64,000 bases of DNA, from the IMG/VR virus record IMGVR_UViG_3300042569_003179. One strand, given 5' to 3'. Each line of letters starts with the position of its first letter. Positions within the stretch are counted from its first letter, which is position 1. The notes beneath the pieces are model-generated. The model worked only from the letters and a program-made list of their open reading frames with translations. It was not told the DNA's origin and searched no databases. Shown here piece after piece: positions 30,108 to 40,916 of this stretch. The DNA comes from an uncultured virus (IMG/VR IMGVR_UViG_3300042569_003179) (taxonomy: Duplodnaviria > Heunggongvirae > Uroviricota > Caudoviricetes). The translations under genes and the position numbers were made by a program.

Positions 30108-31232
30108 CTAGCAATGATAGTGATAGAATTTTTCTATGGTATCACCACACAAATAGTTGATTAATTCGTCATCAATCGTGTTTGGTAAAACGCACTCATT
30201 TTTCATTACGTGGTCGGCTTCGTCAAATAGTCGGTTTACAATAGAAATAAGTTCGCTATAGGTGACCCTACCATACTTAATATCAAGAAGGAACTCTGCG
30301 TCACCGACCAATTTTCTATCTACGAATAACTTACCGGCCCGCATCCCTTCAATAGCCATTTTCATAAGCCTCACGCAATGACTAGCATTCTTACCATCAT
30401 ACCCACAAGCCCGTTCAATTTCAGATCGCTTGACATTTCTATTCGTCAACCAATCTTGATAGTTGCCCCATCTTTTTAGGTCTGCCCGGTATTGCTGACT
30501 GGAATGAAGCAAGGCCATGTATTCATCACTTGCCCTTGTGATTTTTTGTGTTTCGTCAAAGCATTGCGTTGGCAGAACACTCTGTTTCAGAATACCTTTC
30601 CAATCAATCTGGTTGTTAAGTAGCTCATACAGCTCTGTTGAGGGTTGATAGTATTCAATTCTATCTTTAATCAACAGATACAAATACTCAATAAACGACT
30701 CGATCTGCGACGGTGTTAAGCTCGGTGAAGGAACTCCGTAGTCTTCCCACTCTGGTTTCCTTGTTGGTGGATCCCGCAGCCATTTACGGTGAGTTTCCAT
30801 CTTTTTGATTTGAGACTTTGCATACTGGACAAATGTGCCAGAGATTCTTTTGGAGATTAGTTTTGTTCGATTGTTGATCAGGGACTGCCCAAGGTAATCA
30901 AGGTAGATATAGCTATCGGGGGTCTGCCAAAGCATCTCCAGGATGTTGGGGTTTTGCGACCGTAACAGGCTGAGGTATCGCCTGATGCCATAAACTACTG
31001 AGTCGGAATTGTCTAATTCAGGAAATCTTGTCCTAAAAGTTGGTTCCCCGTCATGCACCCACCCTTTATCCTTTTGCTCAAATGTTTCTAATGTAGTATA
31101 AAATCTCCTTGGTGCAACACAGATACCTTTAAAGTCAAGGTCTGACATTTCAGTATTTAGGCCATAGGCGTGACTACCTGACTTACAGAATAGAATCATT
31201 CCATCTTCAATTTCCTTTCGTGTAATTGTCAT
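30108..31232 (-). CDS. Pol-beta superfamily nucleotidyltransferase (YcgL-like)
   Basis: GSHAYGLNTEMSDLDFKG, NPNILEML and GYDGKNASHCVRL motifs. Confidence 0.88.
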   Translation of the reverse strand: MTITRKEIEDGMILFCKSGSHAYGLNTEMSDLDFKGICVAPRRFYTTLETFEQKDKGWVHDGEPTFRTRFPELDNSDSVVYGIRRYLSLLRSQNPNILEMLWQTPDSYIYLDYLGQSLINNRTKLISKRISGTFVQYAKSQIKKMETHRKWLRDPPTRKPEWEDYGVPSPSLTPSQIESFIEYLYLLIKDRIEYYQPSTELYELLNNQIDWKGILKQSVLPTQCFDETQKITRASDEYMALLHSSQQYRADLKRWGNYQDWLTNRNVKRSEIERACGYDGKNASHCVRLMKMAIEGMRAGKLFVDRKLVGDAEFLLDIKYGRVTYSELISIVNRLFDEADHVMKNECVLPNTIDDELINYLCGDTIEKFYHYHC

Positions 31233-32271
31233 TTTGAGGGGGAGTCTCGTTAAGCAGGATCGTTAGCTTCTAGGAGGTACTCTGATCGGATCAAGTGCTC
31301 GTCAACTTCGTAACAAGAAAGGATAGTAATTTTGTCGTGAGGTCCATCAGAGCCAAACTCTTCTTGTACTGCAGCCCTCAGAGCATTTACAAAGGAGTCT
31401 AAACAGTCTAAATTTCCGCAAACTCCGGTATTTGTCCTGAGGCACTGGATTTCGATGGTGGCCCTATAACGTTTGATTCTCGATGCTTCGACTGAAGCAA
31501 TGTCAGCTTTTAGTTTCCGAATTTGGAGGTCGGTTAGTTGAGCTAGATCAATCAATTCCATTGGGTTTTCACTTTTTTGTGTAATTGTCATTTTTCGTGT
31601 AATTGGTTTTAAGGTTTACCCCTTGAATGAAGAACATGACAGTAAAACAACTAGTCATAAACCACCTGAAAAGTTCTGTGGAGTGCCCCATTTTCAACGC
31701 TTGTGAGTATGTCCCTAGAAGGAAGCAACCCGCGCCGTAAAACAACAAGCTCAAGGTACTAGGCATAGCGCCAATTTGATTTATTTAAAGGCAAAATGTA
31801 AATCATTGGGTCCATTCTCTCAAGTCCACAATTTCATACCAATCATATTCCCGATTGGGGTCTTTGCTATCGCTAATGGTATAACATATTTTATTGCTTT
31901 TTAGGTGACCCTTCATTTTACCTGAGTTGAAGAATGTCGGATAGTCAATATAATTAATTTTTTCTCGGGCTTCTGCCACTGATTCGTAGCACTTTATCCA
32001 ATCCTGATCTCCGGCTGACGGGTAAAGGTTGTCTCCAGCAATCAGCAAATAGGGTCTATTCATAGTAACACCAAATCTTCAGGGCAGCAAGATTGGGATG
32101 TGGTCCCAGCCCAGCCCAGCCTCGATACTGCTTTGTCAAACTTTACAAATACGTTTTTGCCATTATTGGATGATACGGTGCCATGTTCAACGTCAGGGTG
32201 GTTGATTTCCCCGTGGGCGTGCCCCGGAATATAAGCCACTTTGACTCCGGGTGTTGCAAGTTTGATGTCAA

Positions 32272-32520
32272 TCATTGGTTTTTAGTGTTATTTAATTTGA
32301 TTTCTAATGATAGGACTCTTAGGGTCATCTCCTCTGCCCTGGTAGCCATCTCCTCGGCTCTGAGAGCCATGCGTTCAGCTTTGTAAGCCATTTCCTCAGC
32401 CTTGAGCGCCATTTCCTCAGCTTTGAGCAACACTTCTTCGGCATTAAGAGCCGGGGTACGTTTGTTTATGGGCGGCAATGGTTGCTTCATCCACAATGGC
32501 AGATATGCTGGGCTCCACAT
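32272..32520 (-). CDS. small coiled-coil protein with 7-aa repeats
   Basis: (K/R)AE(E/R)M(A/T)x five times, a 21-bp tandem repeat. Confidence 0.55.
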   Translation of the reverse strand: MWSPAYLPLWMKQPLPPINKRTPALNAEEVLLKAEEMALKAEEMAYKAERMALRAEEMATRAEEMTLRVLSLEIKLNNTKNQ

Positions 32521-32541
32521 GGGTTTAAAGGTAAGTTATAA

Positions 32542-33150
32542 TTAGTTTGAACCCAGAACGAACCGAGCGAATCGCTTCACAACGATGTTTTCTCCCACAG
32601 TAGCAGCGAAGTTCTTGGTATAAGTTTCGATAGTCATCGTGCCATCTTTGATATAAGGTTGGTCCATCAGGGACATTTCCTTAAAGCGTTTGGCTACACG
32701 ACCTACAACAATTCTGCTACGCATTGCTTCTGGCTTTTTGGCAAGGTCTTCTTTGCCCATTTCGATTCGAGTCTCGTCCAATAGGATAGACTCAGGAATG
32801 TCGGATATTGAGACATAGCTTACAGAAGGGCACGCCGCAACTTGCATTGCCAAAGTGCGAACGAACTCTTGGAATGGCCCAGATTTTGCCACAAAATCAG
32901 TTTCGCAATTCACTTCGATGAGTACACCGATCTTGCCACCTGTATGGATATAACTGGATACAGTCCCTTCCAGGGTTGTACGGCCAATCTTTCCATCAGC
33001 TAAGACAATACCTTTTTGACGTAGCCAAGTGATTGCCCCGGCTTCGTCGCCTTGGGAGGCTTCCAGTGCTTCTTTGCAAAGCATCATGCCTGCCCCGGTT
33101 TTTTCACGGAGCGCTTTAATTTGTGGAATCGTGGGTTGGGTGTAAGTCAT
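32542..33150 (-). CDS. tsf: translation elongation factor Ts (short cyanobacterial-type form)
   Basis: LREKTGAGMMLCKEAL, EVNCETDFVAK and VGENIVVKRFARFVLG; 202 aa. Confidence 0.95.
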   Translation of the reverse strand: MTYTQPTIPQIKALREKTGAGMMLCKEALEASQGDEAGAITWLRQKGIVLADGKIGRTTLEGTVSSYIHTGGKIGVLIEVNCETDFVAKSGPFQEFVRTLAMQVAACPSVSYVSISDIPESILLDETRIEMGKEDLAKKPEAMRSRIVVGRVAKRFKEMSLMDQPYIKDGTMTIETYTKNFAATVGENIVVKRFARFVLGSN

Positions 33151-33210
33151 TTTGTTTTAGGTACTTATTTGAAGAGTGGGGCATTGGGATCCACTTCGGT
33201 GCCTGTTAAT

Positions 33211-33549
33211 TCAAGCTGGGCAGGGACCTTCGGGTCCCTCATAGTCATCATCACCGTAGTCATCATCTTCCCAGTCATCGTCCTCAATATAATCAAAGGG
33301 ACAATACCCAGAAGATAAATCGTGGTCTTCAAAAAGCTTTACAAACGCAAGATCATCGGATACCATTGTGATTTCGCCTTCGGTTATGACACCGGAAATT
33401 TCACTGTGCTTCCCAAGGACTTCGCCAAAGTAGATTTCTTTTTGGCTGTTAATAAGTCGCTTTACTTCTTCAGGGTCAGCTACGAAGATTCCTTCGAGGC
33501 TACCCATCCGGCCGTGGTCTTGGTGAAACTTGTAGATGGCTTTATTCAT
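33211..33549 (-). CDS. conserved phage hypothetical protein
   Basis: GRMG.LEG.F...YFGEVLGKHSEI motif. Confidence 0.7.
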   Translation of the reverse strand: MNKAIYKFHQDHGRMGSLEGIFVADPEEVKRLINSQKEIYFGEVLGKHSEISGVITEGEITMVSDDLAFVKLFEDHDLSSGYCPFDYIEDDDWEDDDYGDDDYEGPEGPCPA

Positions 33550-33895
33550 TTGTTTGTGTATGGTGGTACTTCAACCGCTGACTGTTAGTAAGCTAATTGA
33601 ATTAGATGGGGATGACTCTGACAGCAGACTGTAGAGTAAGAGGCATGTATTCATACAGGTGACGGGAATTAAGGCTTGAGTTCTCTACTCCAGCTTCTTT
33701 CCAAACATTTCCGTCCCAATAGGCCCATACACAAAAAGTGCCCAAGGAACCAGAAGTATCACCCCAAATATACCCCTTAGCCCAAATAGGGCGGCCATCT
33801 TTCGGGGCCAGTTCAATTTTAAGGAAGCAAATAGGACGCTCCTCCGATGTTGTTTCGTGGCTTAAAGTGTCGTGTTGTTCGTCTTTCATGGAATA

Positions 33896-33959
33896 AGTTT
33901 AGCGTTTCTAAGTTGCAGTAACAAGCCGGAGAACCGAACCGGGCGGGAGGGTTAACCGT
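33896..33959 (-). promoter_or_regulatory. box promoter
   Basis: CGGTTAACC...CGGTTCTCCGGC-TTGTTA-N17-TAAACT. Confidence 0.65.
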
Positions 33960-33977
33960 CGTTTTATAAAAGTCGGA

Positions 33978-34880
33978 CTAGGTAAACTTCGGTAAGTTCC
34001 GGAAGTAGGTGATTAAGTCCATTTCCTTGAACGAGGTTCGTTTAATACTCCGGCTGGTCTTTGCGTAGGTGCCTTCGACAGCGTCGATATACATGGTGAA
34101 TGTGCCGTCATTGCCCATATAGAACTTGGACCACCCTGCGTTTGTCAACAATCTCCTAATGTTAAGTTGTTCAACGGCTAGATTGTCGAACGACAAGTGG
34201 GTCTTTCCAAGGAAAGATGGTATAGTTCGATACCATTCGGTTAGCAACTGTTTGGTTTTGTCGCTATAGTACTGAATCCCTCGTCCGAACGTTTTGTACC
34301 CTAGGACCAAAGTTTTGCTGTTTTCCAGAGCGCTAAGATCCGACAAGACTTCCGGGGAATGAACCCCTGCGATCACGTGGAACACAGTGTGCGGATTGTT
34401 TTCTAGAAATTGCTTGAGAAGAGGTAAGTTTGTACCTGTGACAGAAACTCCGATTCCTTTGACCAAGCCTTTCCTACTTAGGGTACTCAAAAGAAACTCG
34501 TAGGGTTTCAAGTGTCTTTCGTTCACAGTTAGATTTGATACTAACCCCCTGTCGCGTACTTCGGTTAAAAACGGAATGAGTTCAGGATGGGAAAGCGGGT
34601 TACCACCACCTATGGCCAGCTCCACTCCTGCTGGCAAGGGCTTCAGTATGGAAAGCAAACGGTTCAGATCCCCAGGCTTCCCCCCAAGGGTGGAATTTTC
34701 GTGACAGTAGGGGCACGCTAGATCACAAAAGTTTGTAATTTTCACGTCAATACTCTCCGGGTGTCTCGCCCACGGGGGGTTGTTGTCAAGGGTTTCTCGG
34801 ATCTTAGTCCCATTCGAGCATAAGGTAACTTTGCAGTTGCCGTTTTTGTAACTGTGAAGAATTGACTCAGTAGTTGTCAT
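33978..34880 (-). CDS. radical SAM protein
   Basis: CDLACPYCH and AIGGGNPL.HP motifs. Confidence 0.9.
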   Translation of the reverse strand: MTTTESILHSYKNGNCKVTLCSNGTKIRETLDNNPPWARHPESIDVKITNFCDLACPYCHENSTLGGKPGDLNRLLSILKPLPAGVELAIGGGNPLSHPELIPFLTEVRDRGLVSNLTVNERHLKPYEFLLSTLSRKGLVKGIGVSVTGTNLPLLKQFLENNPHTVFHVIAGVHSPEVLSDLSALENSKTLVLGYKTFGRGIQYYSDKTKQLLTEWYRTIPSFLGKTHLSFDNLAVEQLNIRRLLTNAGWSKFYMGNDGTFTMYIDAVEGTYAKTSRSIKRTSFKEMDLITYFRNLPKFT

Positions 34881-35328
34881 TGTCGGTGTGAAGGACGCTG
34901 CGGGGGTTGAAGATAAACTGTCGCAAGAGTTCGGGGTCTTCAAACAAGTAGTCTAACTGACCTCCTTCTACAGACTGGTGGTCAATGTAGGAAGGATCTT
35001 TACCTTCCTCCCACGACGTGTTAAGGTCATATACAACACTGAAGCAACCGGTTTGCTGTTTGATCACCGAATTTAGAACTTCCCTGTATTCCTCACTTTT
35101 CTCTCCTGCCCAAGATTCAACATAGATAGCCGCGTAATTAGCCTTAATGTCGGCGTCAGTGTAGTCTTCAATTCCCCAACCGAATTGACCTCCGATGAGT
35201 ACAACGTTTCCCTCTTCGTCCAATGGCAGGGTGCTTAGTAGATCAGTAGAGTCACCTGAGGATATACTGAGTGAGTGAGTGCTTGAGCTATTGGTCTCAA
35301 ATACTGCTTGTCGAATTTGTGTAGTCAT
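34867..35328 (-). CDS. conserved protein with R..VFETNSSSTHS motif
   Basis: N-terminal motif plus YIDHQS; overlaps the radical SAM start. Confidence 0.75.
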   Translation of the reverse strand: MTTQIRQAVFETNSSSTHSLSISSGDSTDLLSTLPLDEEGNVVLIGGQFGWGIEDYTDADIKANYAAIYVESWAGEKSEEYREVLNSVIKQQTGCFSVVYDLNTSWEEGKDPSYIDHQSVEGGQLDYLFEDPELLRQFIFNPRSVLHTDNDNY

Positions 35329-35662
35329 TTTGCTTTGGTGTTTGATAAGAAATTGGAATGTCTATATCCTTGGTAAAGGAAATTTCGGATTGAACTCAGG
35401 AAGACCCAACCCATCCTGGAAGTTGCAAGACAATTAGCTGATCTGACTTCTCAAGAATTGTCAGGCAGTAGTTTCTCCAAAACCCATAATCAGAAGGCAG
35501 TTCAACACCACAGTCAAAGCAAAAGTGCATGAGCAACGGTGAGAAGGCCACCAGTCCTTTCGAGGCAAGGTCGGCAAGTTCATAGGTGACGGCATCCATG
35601 CGGGTTTGTGTGACTGCAGGATTGCTATCGCCGTATGGTGCGGCTAGGTGGATTAAAGGCAT
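35297..35662 (-). pseudogene. DUF1937 (NDT-like fold) gene with premature TGA
   Basis: LAAPY...FSP...LPGWVGSS*VQSEI...IPI; TGA at 35396-35398 where Gly is expected. Confidence 0.65.
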
Positions 35663-36376
35663 TTTGCTTCTCAGCTTCTAATCTTCATGTCGGTCATAAT
35701 TAACTCCCAGGAGACTACAAAGCTCACGGGCAAAGTCAATCTCACCTACCCGGGCACCATCGTTAAAGGCATCATCATAGCTACCTGCATCTATCGGGCA
35801 GTATTCGTCTTCGTCGGACGATCGGTCTAAAGCGTGCCGCTGAGATGCTCTGAATTTAATTTTCGTGATTAAGCGGCTGATGACTAAGCCGTCAATTTTA
35901 TCGCTGAAGGACAGAAGTTCAGGTTGGTTTTCCATTTGCGTTTATTGTGATTTGAGAATGATGCCAATGCCATGTTCGGTAACTACAGGTTCGTAACTCC
36001 GGAGATCCACAGGTTCTACGGTGTCCTCCTTGAGTGTTACCTTCCCGTCATTAAGAAACCTGAGGAAAGTTCTAGCCCTACTAATAGTCGCATTGGCTTG
36101 TCTAACTGCTTTTCTAGCCCCATAATGGTAAAGAACCCGTTCACACTCCTCCAGGCTAAATAGCATGTCAATAAACAAAGAATGGATTTCCTCTGGGGTG
36201 GCAGGTTGTTTGGTGCGTTCAGGCACGGAATTGGTTTCTGGCACACCTGTAGTATAGCATGTTAGACCCGGAAAGTCAACGGGGATCACACCCTGGTGGC
36301 ACTATGGTGGGAGTCCGTGTAAATGGTTTCCATTGCAGGTTTTTTCGTACGCGGGGGCAATGCGTGTGGTGTCATG

Positions 36377-36463
36377 ACTATCGTAGGTTGTTTGCTTCCG
36401 GGTGTGGGTGCGGATTCCCGTACAAAAAGGTTCGGTAATTACACCATCGGGAGCCGAAGTCAA
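36377..36463. repeat. ~87-bp intergenic repeat, copy A
   Basis: gggtgtgggtgcggattcccgtacaaaaaggttcggtaattacaccatcgggagccgaagtcaa also at 49100-49194 and 49566-49660. Confidence 0.9.
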
Positions 36464-36665
36464 TCAGAAGCGAAGGGTCTCTTCACCGGGTTGCATCGTT
36501 TGCGGTGGGGCGGTCATCGTCTGGGCCGAATCGGTCATCGCAGGTAATAGCAAGGCGCCCAGTAACCGGGGCTTGACCCAGATCGAGCCGGAATCCATAC
36601 CCAGCGAGGCAATTGGATTGGCGTTGACGCTGGTGTGGGTTGATAGGTGTATTGGCTGCTCATGG

Positions 36666-36956
36666 CTATGCCCCCTCGGCATGGGGCAGCGGGATAGCGT
36701 GGGCGGTAATGAACCGCGCCTGAGCATTGTTCCATCGGCATATTGCGCGATGAACCGTTCCGCATTCCTTAGTTGAAGTGTGGCCGTTGTCACAATAAAC
36801 CCGCCACATATCACGAAAATCCCAATCAAGAACCTTACCTTTTGCATTACACCTTGCACAATTAGCTATTGCCGGGGTGTGTACTTTCTGCTTCACGCTT
36901 CCACCTCCCCGGCCTGGGGCGTCAGGATAGAGAGAGTACTTACATGCTCGTTCCAT
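36666..36956 (-). CDS. Lar-like zinc-ribbon protein
   Basis: CARC...VYC..GH...AICRWN. Confidence 0.55.
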   Translation of the reverse strand: MERACKYSLYPDAPGRGGGSVKQKVHTPAIANCARCNAKGKVLDWDFRDMWRVYCDNGHTSTKECGTVHRAICRWNNAQARFITAHAIPLPHAEGA

Positions 36957-37273
36957 GCAGCTCGCAGATAATCTTTGTATACCTGGTAAGGGACACCCTT
37001 TTTAGAGCACGCTTCGATTACACTCTCTGCTTTTACGCCAGGGCCCCATCTGTGTTGACAGCGACATTTAGCATAGTTACCATTATTAAAGACCCAAGTA
37101 CGTGGAAACTCTCCGCAATTAGGGCATAGATCCCACCCGGCTGTGGATTTAAGAGGTTCGTACCATTCGCCACAGCTGTCTTCCCACCTGTAGGTTTCAG
37201 TCATTGCCTGTGCGGTAGAGGTTGAATGTCGGTCAGTCATTTGGTTGGTTTTATCGCTAATAGGATTTATCAC
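36893..37273 (-). CDS. zinc-ribbon hypothetical protein
   Basis: CPNCG...CRC...AWN. Confidence 0.6.
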   Translation of the reverse strand: MINPISDKTNQMTDRHSTSTAQAMTETYRWEDSCGEWYEPLKSTAGWDLCPNCGEFPRTWVFNNGNYAKCRCQHRWGPGVKAESVIEACSKKGVPYQVYKDYLRAAWNEHVSTLSILTPQAGEVEA

Positions 37274-37827
37274 GACCGCACCTCCCTGGCTTGGGGAATG
37301 GTAACAAGACCAGTAGGCGCAAGTCCACGGGCTATGCTGCCTATGACTCGCAGCACAGAAAGATCCAATTCTTCCTGGGGCCCATTATTGTCGAAATAAA
37401 TATCAGCATCACCTACTACAAGCTCCATTGAATATGCGCTTTCCGGTGGCCTGCGCTTTGAGGCGTCAACCCAGATAACGTGATCAAACAACCCAGCCTC
37501 GCGGCAGGCGTTAAATTCATCCCGTTTTCGCATTCCAACATACACATCATACCCACGGCTCAACATTGTCTTGGCCGTTCTCGTCTTGTCGGGGGTATTG
37601 TATTCGGAAATTAAGTCTGCCCATGTTTTTCGGTGGTTTACTCGATCGGCAAACATCTCATCAAAGGTTTTGTAGCGCTGGCGGCCCCATGTGGGCCAAA
37701 TAAATTCCTCTCCGACAAAAAGTGAAGAAGAGGAAAACGAGAGGTCCATTTTGCCGCAGATTTTTTCGGCGACGGTATCCTTGCCGTGGCGGGCGTGGCC
37801 GATGATTAGGAGTTTGGGTTTAGTCAT
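37270..37827 (-). CDS. deoxynucleoside monophosphate kinase-like P-loop protein
   Basis: IIGHARHGKDTVA Walker A, YVGMR and WVDAS.R motifs. Confidence 0.75.
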   Translation of the reverse strand: MTKPKLLIIGHARHGKDTVAEKICGKMDLSFSSSSLFVGEEFIWPTWGRQRYKTFDEMFADRVNHRKTWADLISEYNTPDKTRTAKTMLSRGYDVYVGMRKRDEFNACREAGLFDHVIWVDASKRRPPESAYSMELVVGDADIYFDNNGPQEELDLSVLRVIGSIARGLAPTGLVTIPQAREVRS

Positions 37828-37849
37828 TTTGGATAAGTGGTGTGGTCGC

Positions 37850-38739
37850 TCATGGCTGGGACTCCACGGCATGGGGTAAAGGAATGGCATTGTGAGGGAG
37901 CGTGTGGGTTTCTTGACCGTTTGACCGGCTATAGCTCCAGTTGCTATACCTTGAGTCACTCTCCGGGTGAAACCTCCAGCACTGCCCTTCCGCATCGTAA
38001 TACTCCTCCTCTAATGGCTGTTCACTCGTTGCCACCGGCACCCCGCCGGGGCGGGCTTGGCTATTGCCAGGCGAACCTCGGTAGCCACGTCCAGTAAGAA
38101 CGAGTCCGAGCAGCTCTGATTCACTAGCCCGCCAACGGCCTGGCCGCAGTCAATCAAAACATATCGAAGAAAGGCAGCACGCGATTCCTGCTGCTGAAGC
38201 AACGTGGCGGCGCGGGCGAGCTTGGCGCTTGCGTCGGGGTACTCATCAGCGGTCTTGGCAACCCCTTCCCCTAGCCACGTCACCAACTCCCTTACCTCCG
38301 CAGCGAGCACCTCTGGCGCTGGCAAGGTGGCGGGACGGCCCCAATGCTCCAGCGCCTCGCCGATCAGCGCAGTTAGCTGGCTCTGGGCCACGGCGGGCCA
38401 ACCATCGGGCCAGTCAGGGCGGCTTTCAATCCCCCGATCAATAGCAACATCGCCGTCGTCTGTTTCCGGCGCTGGTGGGGTGGCGGGGGTACGGTTCAGC
38501 GCTCGGACAACCTCCTCGATCGGAACCATCGCCCCATCAAAAAGAATTGCGGCGCCGTCTCCGCAGACACCTTCAGACCAGCGACCCTCCCCCCCCGGCT
38601 GAGCCAGGGCGGCTCGGGCGCGGGTGATCAGATCGCGGTATTCGTGATAGGGGTTGGCGCCGTCGTATTCAGCCAACGGTTGCAATAGCTCGGCACACAG
38701 TGCGCGAAAGTCAGTGTTAATGTCTGGGTTAGTCATCAT
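37850..38739 (-). pseudogene. mosaic GC-rich phage gene, probably frameshifted near 38045
   Basis: DFRALCAEL...KPAPA continues naturally into VPVATSE...DAEGQCW...HNAIPLP in another frame. Confidence 0.55.
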
Positions 38740-39182
38740 AGTAAGTTTTCGGGTTCCAGGGGTGGAACGGTAAGGTTTCCCCAACGGGCGAGAATGGCGC
38801 GGGCAAAGGCGATCACGTGGTAACTGTGCGTTGCATGGCTCCACGTAGCAAGCCACAAAGCGTCTAGCTCGGCTGTAGTCGGCATCTCCCCCTCCGGCTC
38901 GGCCAAAGCAGCGGGCGGCACCAGCCACTCCAGGTTGCACTGCTCGCACTGGGAGATAAATGCTTCCAGCGATTCGGCCCAAACGTGGCCGATCCCGCGT
39001 GATCCAACCTGCACAAGCTCGGGAGACCATTCGGGTGAATGAACGGTTCTGGCTATGTCTCGGCAAGTGTCAGCCTTGCCATGATCCAAGTCAACAATAC
39101 AGACGATTGCTGCGGTATGGGCCAGTTCCCAAAGCTGGCGATAATCGCGTGAGGTTGGGTAGTTGGCAGTTGGGACGATCAT
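38736..39182 (-). CDS. hypothetical protein
   Basis: ends with the FARAILARWG module; ATGA coupled. Confidence 0.65.
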   Translation of the reverse strand: MIVPTANYPTSRDYRQLWELAHTAAIVCIVDLDHGKADTCRDIARTVHSPEWSPELVQVGSRGIGHVWAESLEAFISQCEQCNLEWLVPPAALAEPEGEMPTTAELDALWLATWSHATHSYHVIAFARAILARWGNLTVPPLEPENLL

Positions 39183-39616
39183 GGTGCCTCCGTTGCGGTG
39201 ATTTGCTGTTGCTCTAATCCTGAGGCAATAAATACCCCCCTCAACTTATCAACTACATCTGTTTTGAACGTCTCAACCTGCGAACGCAACTCTTCCAAAG
39301 AGTCGCATTCAAACGGTTTCTCTTGCATTTCTTCGCCCAGGATCAATACAGTCACGGTGCCATCCCATTTTGGTCCGTAGTGGGTCTTTGGGGGATAGAA
39401 GCGACTGCTAAAACTAACCACTGGCCCGTCATAGTCCAATTTAAATCCGCAATCCCATCTCCAGGTCGGCTCATGCAGCTTGTAACTATTGGTGTTGGCC
39501 TGTGATTCCCATTGGTAGGCCTGGTCCCAACTGGTTGGGCAATCTCCCAAAGGTTCACCGCCATCGAAAATAATTTGGTTGTTTGTGGTGGGCATGTCAA
39601 TGTGGTTGGTGCTCAT
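39179..39616 (-). CDS. hypothetical protein
   Basis: ATGA-coupled ORF. Confidence 0.65.
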   Translation of the reverse strand: MSTNHIDMPTTNNQIIFDGGEPLGDCPTSWDQAYQWESQANTNSYKLHEPTWRWDCGFKLDYDGPVVSFSSRFYPPKTHYGPKWDGTVTVLILGEEMQEKPFECDSLEELRSQVETFKTDVVDKLRGVFIASGLEQQQITATEAP

Positions 39617-39864
39617 GTTGCCTCCTTAATTGGAATACACAGCCAGTAGCGATGCTGTTCGTTGACGCGGTGGCTAGGCCTTTCTGGGTCGATATCCCAG
39701 GTTGTACGCGCCTCCATCAATGGATAGTCAGCGCCGGGAAAGCCATAGCTAGTAAACATATCGCATTCAAATGATGCTGTGCCAAATGGCACAAGCTCAG
39801 GGTGCCGAGCGCGAATCGCTGCGAAGACTCTGAGGCTGGTTTCGATTGTTCTGTAGTCCTTCAT
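39613..39864 (-). CDS. hypothetical protein
   Basis: ATGA-coupled ORF. Confidence 0.6.
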   Translation of the reverse strand: MKDYRTIETSLRVFAAIRARHPELVPFGTASFECDMFTSYGFPGADYPLMEARTTWDIDPERPSHRVNEQHRYWLCIPIKEAT

Positions 39865-40916
39865 CGGTCAACCTCCCGGCGAAGATCATTGGCGCTGCCT
39901 TTGTTCCCGACAAGATCAAGCCAGGCCGCTACCTCGCGGATTGCGGCGCGGGTTGCCTCTTCATCGCTGGTCGCCATGCCTTTCCAGAAAGAGTGTAAGG
40001 CACTCTTCACCAATCCCCCGGCAGGCAAGACCGGTGAAGCAGGTTGGGCGACAACATCAGATTGCCCCCACCGATTGATTTCGGCCCACTCTTGGTCAGT
40101 GTATTCGCTCTCGCCATTCACATGGGGGGCGGCAAGTTGGGTAACTGGCGGGGCAAGCTCCCGTAGGTCAACCAGGGACTGCGCCGCAGGATCTCCCCAC
40201 TTTGCTTGCTTGTTTATGAAGGCCCACGCCTTTGCGTCCAGATCTTGTTCTGAATAGGGGCCAGGCGGGATTTGCTCCGATTCGGGCTGGGTCAGGGCAC
40301 CCCGCTCTTCCCCCGGATACGGATCGCAAACCTCCAACCGTGCGCATGTCATTGCAGTCTGCTCCAAAACATCACCCCAGGGGATACCGGCGTTTTCCGT
40401 AATCGACATTAATACCAGCAAAACATCAGCAGCTTCACTGAGCGGATCGCCATGCTTGCCCCGGAGGGCTTCGGTCAACTCGGAAGCTTCCAGGTGAAGG
40501 TACACGCCTCGGCTAGACCAACTAAGGTCCCACCCGCGCTTTTTGCACATGGCCAACACACGGGCTGGCAGTGCGTTTGGGGGCTGAGCGGCTCCGAAGT
40601 CGTTTGCCTCTATTAAATCAATGGCGTCCAGAATCCGAGAACAATGCCATACTCGTTCGTTATAGTCCTCTGATTCGTCTGCCAACACGGCACGCAAACC
40701 GATAACAATTCCTTCCCATGTCATTCCAGTTCCCCCAGGGGGCTGAGTGGCGGCCTCTGACGAGGCCAAAGCGTCTTCAATCTCAGACAAAGTCTTCTGT
40801 ACGTCAAGCAACTGAGCGTCCTTGGATTCTGCTGAGACGCAGCAAAGGCCCTCAGACACCTCATTCAATGCCTCTTTAACCTTCTCGGAGCATAGTGCCA
40901 TAAGATTGCTATTCAT
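39861..40916 (-). CDS. mosaic protein with a MazG-like NTP pyrophosphohydrolase domain
   Basis: HLEASELTEALR...EAADVLLVL motif. Confidence 0.65.
   Translation of the reverse strand: MNSNLMALCSEKVKEALNEVSEGLCCVSAESKDAQLLDVQKTLSEIEDALASSEAATQPPGGTGMTWEGIVIGLRAVLADESEDYNERVWHCSRILDAIDLIEANDFGAAQPPNALPARVLAMCKKRGWDLSWSSRGVYLHLEASELTEALRGKHGDPLSEAADVLLVLMSITENAGIPWGDVLEQTAMTCARLEVCDPYPGEERGALTQPESEQIPPGPYSEQDLDAKAWAFINKQAKWGDPAAQSLVDLRELAPPVTQLAAPHVNGESEYTDQEWAEINRWGQSDVVAQPASPVLPAGGLVKSALHSFWKGMATSDEEATRAAIREVAAWLDLVGNKGSANDLRREVDR

Noticed and set aside
35396..35398. TGA reassigned to Gly or Trp (alternative genetic code)
   Set aside because: Only one clear in-frame TGA at a Gly position; many intact genes end in TGA with ATGA coupling and no suppressor tRNA was seen, so a nonsense mutation is simpler
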